A DNA stretch of 64,000 bases, taken from Actinomycetota bacterium. Its GTDB lineage: Bacteria; Actinomycetota; UBA4738; HRBIN12. The stretch's first letter is position 1. The number at the start of each line of letters is the position of its first letter. The position numbers and the translations under genes were made by a program. Where the stretch lies: positions 8,392-72,391 of the forward strand of contig JBDUBL010000003.1 in the NCBI GenBank assembly GCA_040004125.1. Reading direction: 5' to 3'. This document shows, one piece after another, positions 47,991-55,151 of this stretch. The notes beneath the pieces are model-generated. The model was not told the DNA's origin. It ran no database searches and saw only the letters and a program-made list of their open reading frames with translations.

Positions 47991-48644
47991 TCACGCGGGG
48001 CCGACGTCCGCCCGTCCGATCCCCGGTAGAGACGGTTGGCCGACCCCCGAGAAGCTCAGCCGGTGCACCGGCGTCGGACCGTGGGCCTGCAACGCCACCC
48101 AGTGGTCCGGAGTGCCGTAACCCTTGTTGTGGGCGAACCCGAAGTCCGGATACCGTCGCGCCAGCCGCAGCATGATCCGGTCACGCGTGACCTTCGCGAC
48201 GATCGAGGCGGCGGCCACGCTGGCCGAGACCGTGTCGCCTTTCTTCATCGACAGGGCGGGACACGGCATCCGCGGTACCGGGAAGCCATCCGTGAGCACG
48301 TAGTCGGGCTCGGGATCCAGCGCCCGCGCCGCGCGGCGCAGTAGCGCCAGGTTCGACCGATGGAGGCCGCGGAGATCCAGCATGGGCGGCTCGGCCTTGG
48401 CCACCGCGAACGTGCAGCCCGCGACGATCCGGGCGAACTGCGTGTCGCGTTGCTTGGCCGTGAGTTGTTTGGAGTCGCGGATGCCCGTCGTGTCGAAGTC
48501 TGCGGGCATGATCACCGCGGCGGCGACCAACGGGCCGGCGAGGGCTCCCCGGCCGGCCTCGTCGACGCCGGCGATACGCGCGAACCCTTGCGCGCGCAGT
48601 GCCGCCTCGTAGCGCTCCAGATCGGTGGCTACAGCGACCCCCAT
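47991..48644 (-). CDS. rnhB: Ribonuclease HII
   Basis: 217 aa with IAGVDEAGRGALAGPLV, DSKQLT and KGYGT motifs. Confidence 0.94.
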   Translation of the reverse strand: MGVAVATDLERYEAALRAQGFARIAGVDEAGRGALAGPLVAAAVIMPADFDTTGIRDSKQLTAKQRDTQFARIVAGCTFAVAKAEPPMLDLRGLHRSNLALLRRAARALDPEPDYVLTDGFPVPRMPCPALSMKKGDTVSASVAAASIVAKVTRDRIMLRLARRYPDFGFAHNKGYGTPDHWVALQAHGPTPVHRLSFSGVGQPSLPGIGRADVGPA

Positions 48645-49288
48645 CTTGACGGCGGGTACACGATCACGAACGCCGTTCCGATCACCTTATCTTCCGGGAC
48701 GAGACCGACGCCCGTCGGTGGTTCATACCGGGAATCGCCCGAGTTGGCCCGGTTGTCCCCCAGCACGAACAGCATCCCATCGGGAACCGTCACGGGCCCG
48801 TAAGGAGTGGTGTCGATCTCGGGATTCAGATACGGTTCGTCGACCTGCTCTCCATTGACGAACAGCTTCCCGTCATGCAGCTCGACGACGTCACCGGGTA
48901 GACCGATCACCCGCTTGATGAAGTCCTCGTTCTCCGGTTGCGCGACGCCGATACCCTCACCGAGCCAGTGCAGCGCGTCCCCGATCGTTCCCTGGTCCGG
49001 TCCCGCCGTGGGGTGTGGATCGGAGAACACGATCACGTCGCCGCGCTGGATGTCGCTGACGTGCAGACAGATCCGACACACGAGGACGCGATCGCCCTTC
49101 TCCAGAGTCGGTGCCATGGAGATCGACGGGATGAAGAAGGCTTGGATCAGGAACGTCTTGACGATGATCGCGATCGCCAACGCGGCGATCAACAGGATCG
49201 GGAGTTCACGCCAGGACCGATCGGCGCGCTCGCCATCCGGGTGCTCGCAGGGCGTCGGCGCCACTACATCGCCGGGCCGCTCGGCCAC
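48629..49288 (-). CDS. lepB: Signal peptidase I
   Basis: 219 aa with a TM anchor, Ser box IPSISMAPTL, Lys box FIKRVIGLPGD and GDNRANSGDSR. Confidence 0.94.
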   Translation of the reverse strand: MAERPGDVVAPTPCEHPDGERADRSWRELPILLIAALAIAIIVKTFLIQAFFIPSISMAPTLEKGDRVLVCRICLHVSDIQRGDVIVFSDPHPTAGPDQGTIGDALHWLGEGIGVAQPENEDFIKRVIGLPGDVVELHDGKLFVNGEQVDEPYLNPEIDTTPYGPVTVPDGMLFVLGDNRANSGDSRYEPPTGVGLVPEDKVIGTAFVIVYPPSRWGSL

Positions 49289-49291
49289 GGG

Positions 49292-49801
49292 TTAGCCCTC
49301 GGCTGGTTCTTCCGCGGATTCCTCGGCGGCGGCCTGGTTCTCGATAGGTGCGTCCGATCCGTCGGCGACGATCTCTGCTTCCTCGTCCGCCTTCCCGGCT
49401 TCGGCCGTCTCCGCCGCGGCCTCGGCGGCGGCCTCCATCGCAGCCAGCTTGGCGTCGTCGATCCGGCGCTCCTTGATGCGGGCCTTCTTGCCTCGCAGGT
49501 CGCGCAGGTAATACAGCTTGGCGCGCCGCACCCGCCCGCGCTGCACGATCTCGAGCTTGGCGATCGAGGGCGAGTGCACCGGGAACGTACGTTCCACGCC
49601 GACACCGAACGAGATCTTGCGCACGGTGAAGGTCTCGCGGATCCCGCCACCGGAGCGGCGGATCACGACGCCCTGGAACACCTGGACGCGCTCACGATTC
49701 CCCTCCACCACGCGGACGTCCACTTTCACGGTGTCGCCGGGGCGGAATTCCGGGAGGTCCGTGCGCAGGAACGGCTGCTCGATCAGATCAGTCTTGTTCA
49801 T
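49292..49801 (-). CDS. rplS: 50S ribosomal protein L19 with ~50-aa acidic/Ala-rich C-terminal tail
   Basis: Trimmed from track ORF 49292-50008 to ATG 49801 ([27 protein letters not shown]...). The conserved L19 core ends near ...[10 protein letters not shown]. Confidence 0.95.
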   Translation of the reverse strand: MNKTDLIEQPFLRTDLPEFRPGDTVKVDVRVVEGNRERVQVFQGVVIRRSGGGIRETFTVRKISFGVGVERTFPVHSPSIAKLEIVQRGRVRRAKLYYLRDLRGKKARIKERRIDDAKLAAMEAAAEAAAETAEAGKADEEAEIVADGSDAPIENQAAAEESAEEPAEG

Positions 49802-49865
49802 GGCAACGGCTCGCGATTGTACCAGCGGGCCGACGCCGTCTGCGGCGATTCGCCTGTAACACCTT

Positions 49866-49881
49866 GTGACGGAACCGTCAC
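49866..49881. promoter_or_regulatory. Perfect 16-bp palindrome GTGACGG-AA-CCGTCAC in the rplS / DUF4153 divergent intergenic region
   Basis: Read directly from the sequence. It has GTGA/TCAC half-sites spaced 8 nt apart, versus 6 nt in canonical CRP boxes. Candidate operator. Confidence 0.3.
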
Positions 49882-49945
49882 GAACCGATGCTGACGCCGT
49901 GTCACGTCTTGCGCCGGGGATTCCGCCGTCTGAAGCTCCCGGCGC

Positions 49946-51469
49946 ATGGACGACACCACCGCGATCGCTCGTTCCCTTCCTGCGAGACCTGATCGGCGGA
50001 GCCGGCACGCGGGAACCTGGGGGGGTGTCGCCGCGGCTTGCGCGTTCGGATTCCTTGCCGACGCCGCGGCGCGGACACCCAGCGGCCTCGCGCTGACCCT
50101 GGCGACCTGGCTCGCGGGTGCTGCGGTCATTACGTTCGTGCGACCGCGTCGCGCCGGCGCGCCGTTCGTCGTCGCGGCGTGCGCGATCGGCGCCTGTCTC
50201 ACACTGCGCGCGTCCCCGGTCCTGACAGGGCTCAACGTGCTCGCCGCAGGTGCGCTGTTGTGCGCCGGAGCTTCGTTTGCGAGGCTCGGCACGCCGATCG
50301 CGACGACGACTCGCTCCTACCTGGCACGGCTCGTGTGGAGTCCACTGCAGGCGATGCCGGAGGGCGCAGCCAGCCTTGCCGGCCCGCCAACCCGCCTCCT
50401 GCGCTCATGGCGAGGCACGGCGGGGGGTCTGGCGCGTGGGTTGCTCCTCGTCGTGCCCGTCGCCCTGGCGCTGCTGGTGTTGTTGGCCAGCGCCGACGCG
50501 GTGTTCGCCCGGTATGTCCGAGTCCCGATCCGGGTGGCGCCTGGCTCGATCGCCTCGCGCGCGCTCGTGCTTGCGGTCGGAGCACTGGCGCTCGCGACAC
50601 TTGTTGCCATCGGCACGCTGGGCCCCTCGACGATCGACGCGGCAGCGCAACGGCCGGTCCGCGCTGCGTGGGCGCGGGCCGGCGACTGGGTCGCACTGCT
50701 TGTGGTGGCCGACGTCATCTTCGGGGCCTTCGTAGCGGTGCAGTTCACGGTCTTCTTCGGCGGGCGCGCGCAGGTTCTGACCGCCGAGGGGCTTACGTAC
50801 GCGCAGTACGCGCGTACCGGCTTCTGGCAACTGCTCAGTGCCACTGCGATCGCCGGGGGCGTCCTTGCCTTCGCCTGGGCTGCGCTGCCGCGCCCCCTGC
50901 CGCGGGGCGTCCGCCTGGTGTTCCAGGCGCTCGGCCTCACCCTGATCGTGTTCGTGCTCGTGGTGCTCGTATCGGCGTTCCATCGGCTGGCGCTGTACGA
51001 GGATGCATATGGCTACACGTGGCTGCGGGTGTTGGCGCACACCGCGATCCTGGCGATCGGTGCACTCCTGCTCTGCGCCATGGTGACGGTCGTGCGCGGT
51101 CGAGCGGCGTGGCTGCCCTTCGCGGCCGTCGTGATCGCGACTGCTGCGGTGCTCGGTCTCAACGTCGTGAACCTGGATGCGTTCATCGCGACGCGGAACA
51201 TCTCGCGGGCGGCGAACGGGGCTCCGCTAGATGCCAGAGAGCTGACGCGGTTGTCCGCCGACGCCGCGCCGACGATGGCGGCCGCGCTCGATTCGCTGAC
51301 CCCGGCCGCGCGCACCGACTTCGAAGGCATTCTGGCGTGCATGCGCGACCAACTCGAACGACAGACCGCGAGCGGCTGGGCCGGGAGCAACTGGGGGCGT
51401 AACCTCGCCCTCGAGGCGCTCACGGAGCGCCGTCTCCCGCCGTGTCGAGCTCCGCGAGGACCCTTCTAG
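49946..51469 (+). CDS. DUF4153/DUF4173-like polytopic membrane protein
   Basis: 507 aa with more than 10 TM segments and the conserved-looking [14 protein letters not shown] segment typical of that family. Assigned by eye. Confidence 0.65.
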   Translation: MDDTTAIARSLPARPDRRSRHAGTWGGVAAACAFGFLADAAARTPSGLALTLATWLAGAAVITFVRPRRAGAPFVVAACAIGACLTLRASPVLTGLNVLAAGALLCAGASFARLGTPIATTTRSYLARLVWSPLQAMPEGAASLAGPPTRLLRSWRGTAGGLARGLLLVVPVALALLVLLASADAVFARYVRVPIRVAPGSIASRALVLAVGALALATLVAIGTLGPSTIDAAAQRPVRAAWARAGDWVALLVVADVIFGAFVAVQFTVFFGGRAQVLTAEGLTYAQYARTGFWQLLSATAIAGGVLAFAWAALPRPLPRGVRLVFQALGLTLIVFVLVVLVSAFHRLALYEDAYGYTWLRVLAHTAILAIGALLLCAMVTVVRGRAAWLPFAAVVIATAAVLGLNVVNLDAFIATRNISRAANGAPLDARELTRLSADAAPTMAAALDSLTPAARTDFEGILACMRDQLERQTASGWAGSNWGRNLALEALTERRLPPCRAPRGPF

Positions 51470-52146
51470 CGCTGCTTCTCGCCGAGGTCGGGGCGGTTGC
51501 GCGCGGTCTTGGCGCGTGCGGCGTCGCGACGCCATGTCTCGATGGCTGCGTGGTCGCCCGAGACCAGCACTTCCGGCACACGCAGGCCTCGGAACGCCTG
51601 CGGCCGTGTGTAGTGGGGGTGATCGAGCAAACCGGACTCGCTGAAGGAATCGCGCGCGTGGGACTGCTCCTTGCCGATCACGCCGGGGAGCAGGCGCGTG
51701 ACCGCTTCGACGAGGACGAGCGCTGGCAGCTCTCCTCCGGACACGACGTAGTCGCCGATCGAGACTTCCTGCGCGGGGAGGCCGTCGATGACCCGCTCGT
51801 CGAACCCCTCGTAGCGCCCACACAACAGCGTGAGGTGTGGCTCTGCGGCAAGCTCGACCACGAGCGTCTGGTCCAGTCGGGGCCCCGAAGGCGACAACGC
51901 AAGCACGCGACCTCGGTCCGGATCGAGCGACTCGACCGCTGCGAACAGCGGCTCCACCCTCAACACCATGCCCGGGCCACCACCGAAGGACGCATCGTCG
52001 ACACTGCGGTGCGTATCCAGGGACCAGTCGCGCAGATCGTGGATGCGCACATCGACGAGACCACTCTCGATCGCCCTGCCGAGCAGGCTCTCGGTCAGGA
52101 ATCCAGGGAACAACCCCGGGAAGATCGTGATGATGTCGATACGCAC
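51466..52146 (-). CDS. trmD: tRNA (guanine37-N1)-methyltransferase
   Basis: 226 aa from a GTG start, with MRIDIITIFPGLF and GGELPALVLVEAVTRLLPGV. Confidence 0.95.
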   Translation of the reverse strand: MRIDIITIFPGLFPGFLTESLLGRAIESGLVDVRIHDLRDWSLDTHRSVDDASFGGGPGMVLRVEPLFAAVESLDPDRGRVLALSPSGPRLDQTLVVELAAEPHLTLLCGRYEGFDERVIDGLPAQEVSIGDYVVSGGELPALVLVEAVTRLLPGVIGKEQSHARDSFSESGLLDHPHYTRPQAFRGLRVPEVLVSGDHAAIETWRRDAARAKTARNRPDLGEKQR

Positions 52147-52187
52147 GCCCCGAGGCTACCGCGCCCCGTCGGCGCGGCCTCGTGGCG

Positions 52188-52430
52188 TCAGTGGCGGAAG
52201 GGGATCGTCAGCAGCGTCGCGGTGGAGGCCGCGACCCGGCGGATCGACGTTGCGCGCTGCGCCGACCGGCGCGCGGCGATACTGCGGCTGGCCCGGTGGC
52301 CTTCCGCGATGCGGACCATGTCGTTCACCCGGTACTTGGCAGCGTCTCCGTTCAGCATCTGCGCACCCCCTGTGTCGATGGCAACAGCGTAGGAATCGAG
52401 GTCTGCTGTCGCGATGACGACCGTCACCAT
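52188..52430 (-). CDS. Hypothetical 80-aa protein (not listed as its own ORF in the track)
   Basis: ATG 52430-52428 lies inside the 163-aa track ORF 52188-52679. Sequence: MVTVVIATADLDSYAVAIDTGGAQMLNGDAAKYRVNDMVRIAEGHRAS... then an Arg/Ala/Ser-rich tail. By hand count 68 of 80 third positions are G/C, and position-2 composition is coding-like. The stop lies 41 nt upstream of the trmD start. No Shine-Dalgarno sequence seen. Confidence 0.4.
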   Translation of the reverse strand: MVTVVIATADLDSYAVAIDTGGAQMLNGDAAKYRVNDMVRIAEGHRASRSIAARRSAQRATSIRRVAASTATLLTIPFRH

Positions 52431-52458
52431 CGACGTGTGTCGTCGGCGACCGATCCGG

Positions 52459-52474
52459 TGTGATGCGCGACACG
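52459..52474. promoter_or_regulatory. CRP-like box TGTGA-TGCGCG-ACACG (8/10 to TGTGA-N6-TCACA) in the divergent promoter region
   Basis: Read directly from the sequence. It lies 84 nt upstream of the M50-CNB start and 29 nt upstream of the 80-aa ORF start. It overlaps the 8-bp-stem palindrome cgacacgc-gggaa-gcgtgtcg (52468-52488). Confidence 0.3.
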
Positions 52475-52557
52475 CGGGAAGCGTGTCGGGTTGCGGGAAC
52501 CGCCCCCCTCGGGCAGGATGCGTTCCGGCCGTTCGCTTCCGGAGTCCGAGGAGGAGT

Positions 52558-54849
52558 ATGCAGTACCTGATCCTCGCCGCGCTGCTCATCGCGGGCTCGA
52601 TCGTGGGCGTCGACGCGATCCGCGAGCGCGCCGCCCGCCGCAAAGCGTTGCACGTTCCTGGTCTCGTCTCCGCCGCCATCCGCTCGCAAAGTCAGCCCGG
52701 AAGGCCGGTTGCACCGGCTCTGTCGGCATCGCTGGCGGCGGCGCCTCCGACCGAGGGCGACGCCGGAGGGTTGTGGGACGAGCTGACGGCGATGCTCGAT
52801 CCCGAGACGTTCGCGCCCACGCTCGCGGAGGGCACCGAGATCAAGAACTTCAAGATGCGCTGGGGCAACGACTTCGCGATCGTCGCTCGCCCCGACCACG
52901 CCCTCCATTTCGAGCTCCAGCCGTGGGAGGCGACGCTCATGGCGCAGATGGACGGCACGAAGACAGCGCAGGAGCTGATCGTCGATCACCTGCAGGCGGT
53001 CGGCGATCTCGATCCCGGCGCTGTGCTCGGGCTGATCGTGGCGCTGCGTGAGGGAGGGTTCCTCGATCCCGCCCGACCGGATGTGAAGGTGCTGGTGCAG
53101 CTGCACCTCGATCGCGCCTCGGCGGGCCGGCGGAAACTCCGCGACTTCGCGAAGAACCTCCGGATCTCGTGGTCAGGAGCGGAGCGATTCGTCGAGGGCG
53201 CGTATCGGGGCGGCCTGAAGCTCTTCTTCCGCCCTGTCATGGTTGTGCTCTGCTCCATCGTGGCGTTGGTCGGCCTCGTCGCGTTCATCGGCGTGCAGCA
53301 ATCGGGGCGCTATCAACTGTCGACGACCGCAGCACCGGTTGAGACCCTGCTGTTCCTCGCACTCGCCCTCTTCCTCACCTTCGCCCACGAGCTGGGGCAC
53401 GCCGTGGCGCTGATCCACTACGAGCGTCGGGTGCTCGGCGCCGGCTTCTTCATCTTCTTCGGGTCGCCGGCCTTCTTCGTCGACGCGTCCGACGGTTTGA
53501 TGTTGGATCGCCGTGAGCGGGTCGTGCAGTCGTTCGCGGGGCCGTTCTCGGAGATGATTCTCGCCGGCGTTGCCTCCCTCGTGATCGTGGCCACCCCGGG
53601 CAGCGGTGTCGCGGCGTTCCTCTACCGGTTCGCCCTGATCAACTACTTCTTGATCTTCATGAACCTGATCCCGCTGCTGGAGCTCGACGGGTACTGGATC
53701 TTCTCGGACCTGATCCAGGTGCCGAACCTGCGGCGGCGCTCGATCAACTTCATCCAGGGCGACCTGTGGCACAAGATCGCCACATGGGAGAAGTTCAGCC
53801 TGCAGGAGCTCGGGCTCGGCTTCTACGGGATCGTCGGGATCGCGTTCACGATCTTCTCCTTCTACACCGCCTACTTCTTCTGGAAGGAGATCTTCGGCGG
53901 CCTGATCACCAGCCTGTGGGAGGGTGGGTTCGGCTCACGGATCCTGCTGGTGTTGCTTGCCTTGGTGTTCATCGGTCCGCTGATCCGCGGGCTGCTCACG
54001 CTCGGGCGGAGCGTGTACAAGCGTCTGAAATCGATCCGCGATCAGATCAGGTTCCGCGTGCAACGGTCGTGGCGGATCGAGGCGGCTGCGTTGATCGATG
54101 CGCTCCCCGCCTTCGACGACCTCGACGAGAACGTGCTGTCGGATCTCGCGGGCCGGATCGAGCTGGTGACCGTTCGCGACGGCCAAGCAGCGTTCCGCCG
54201 CGGCGACGTCGCCGACGCGTTCTACGTCGTGCGCTCCGGCACGATCCATATCGAAGACGAGGATCTCGAGGAGGGCGACACCCGAATCATCACCACGCTC
54301 GGGCGTGGCGACGCCTTCGGCGAGTTTGGGCTCATGGGCTCCGGCGTGCGAGCGGCCACCGCGCGCGCCGAAGGTGAGGCGACGCTGTTCCGCGTCGACA
54401 AGGCATCGTTCGATCGGCTGCTCGCCGACGACATCGACGCGCCGGACTTCGCCCCGACGATGCAGGCCTACGCCGAGCTTCGCTCGCTGCCGCCGCTGCG
54501 GACCTTGTCCACGACTGACCTCGCCCTCGTCCTGGAGCACGGCGAATGGCGCAACGTGGCGCCCGGGGAGCGACTGATCCGGCAGGGCGAAGCCGGCGAT
54601 GCCTTCTTCGCGATCGGCGCCGGACAGGTTGACGTCGAGAGGGACGGTGCGATCATCGCCACCCTCGGTCCCGGCCAGCACTTCGGCGAGATCGCGCTGT
54701 TGACCGACGAGCCACGCAATGCCAGCGTGACCGCGCACACGCCGCTGCGGGTCTTCGTTCTGGATCGCGAGGGATTCATCCGCGTGATCGCTCGAACGTT
54801 CCGACGCGGCGCGGCGGAACGAACACCCGACCGGAACATGGAGCACTGA
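52558..54849 (+). CDS. Polytopic M50-family (site-2-protease-like) metalloprotease with PqqD-like segment and two C-terminal cyclic-nucleotide-binding domains
   Basis: Trimmed from track ORF 52414-54849 to ATG 52558, directly after GAGGAGGAG, giving 763 aa. HELGH at 53386-53400 and NLIPLLELDG at 53662-53691. Phosphate-binding cassettes FGEFGLMGSGVRAATARA (54316-54369) and FGEIALLTDEPRNASVTA (54682-54735). Residues ~95-170 resemble PqqD/RRE. Confidence 0.85.
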   Translation: MQYLILAALLIAGSIVGVDAIRERAARRKALHVPGLVSAAIRSQSQPGRPVAPALSASLAAAPPTEGDAGGLWDELTAMLDPETFAPTLAEGTEIKNFKMRWGNDFAIVARPDHALHFELQPWEATLMAQMDGTKTAQELIVDHLQAVGDLDPGAVLGLIVALREGGFLDPARPDVKVLVQLHLDRASAGRRKLRDFAKNLRISWSGAERFVEGAYRGGLKLFFRPVMVVLCSIVALVGLVAFIGVQQSGRYQLSTTAAPVETLLFLALALFLTFAHELGHAVALIHYERRVLGAGFFIFFGSPAFFVDASDGLMLDRRERVVQSFAGPFSEMILAGVASLVIVATPGSGVAAFLYRFALINYFLIFMNLIPLLELDGYWIFSDLIQVPNLRRRSINFIQGDLWHKIATWEKFSLQELGLGFYGIVGIAFTIFSFYTAYFFWKEIFGGLITSLWEGGFGSRILLVLLALVFIGPLIRGLLTLGRSVYKRLKSIRDQIRFRVQRSWRIEAAALIDALPAFDDLDENVLSDLAGRIELVTVRDGQAAFRRGDVADAFYVVRSGTIHIEDEDLEEGDTRIITTLGRGDAFGEFGLMGSGVRAATARAEGEATLFRVDKASFDRLLADDIDAPDFAPTMQAYAELRSLPPLRTLSTTDLALVLEHGEWRNVAPGERLIRQGEAGDAFFAIGAGQVDVERDGAIIATLGPGQHFGEIALLTDEPRNASVTAHTPLRVFVLDREGFIRVIARTFRRGAAERTPDRNMEH

Positions 54850-54859
54850 GGAGGATCCG

Positions 54860-55072
54860 ATGGTGTGTTGGCATTGCCGCCGGACGGCGGTCGGCTCCTG
54901 CCGATTCTGTGGGCGTGGCGTGTGCGAGGACCACGCCAAGGAGCAGCCGTACGTCCTCGAGCTCTTCCGAGGCGGCGATATGACCCGCGCCCTCGTGGTC
55001 GAGGACGCCCTGTTCTGTGGAGCGTGTACGCCTCGACCGGATCCGATCGACCTGCCTGAGCTAGACGAGTGA
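54860..55072 (+). CDS. Small 8-Cys zinc-ribbon protein (DUF2180-like / B-box-like; family assignment tentative)
   Basis: 70 aa: MVCWHCRRTAVGSCRFCGRGVCEDHA...FCGACTPRP. The Shine-Dalgarno sequence GAGGAGGA (54848-54855) overlaps the stop of the upstream gene, with a 10-nt gap to the ATG, indicating translational coupling. Confidence 0.7.
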   Translation: MVCWHCRRTAVGSCRFCGRGVCEDHAKEQPYVLELFRGGDMTRALVVEDALFCGACTPRPDPIDLPELDE

Positions 55073-55083
55073 CGTTCGTCACA
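55068..55083. promoter_or_regulatory. Near-consensus CRP/GlxR-type box AGTGA-CGTTCG-TCACA
   Basis: 9/10 match to TGTGA-N6-TCACA and internally palindromic (GTGACG-TT-CGTCAC). It overlaps the stop codon of the Zn-ribbon gene and lies upstream of the small repeat ORF and crp. Confidence 0.5.
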
Positions 55084-55090
55084 CATCTGC

Positions 55091-55106
55091 CGTGACGGAA
55101 AGCACC
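55091..55106. promoter_or_regulatory. Second, weaker CRP-like box CGTGA-CGGAAA-GCACC
   Basis: 7/10 match to the consensus. Its centre is 23 bp from the first box. Confidence 0.25.
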
Positions 55107-55151
55107 GAGCGGATGTGACCCGCGATACCGACGACTCGGCGTTCCAGCGGG

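Noticed and set aside
52182-52463. 93-aa plus-strand ORF in the trmD / M50 intergenic region
   Set aside because: It is the antisense shadow of the 80-aa minus-strand ORF. G/C enrichment falls on its first codon position and its sequence is Arg/Asp-rich.
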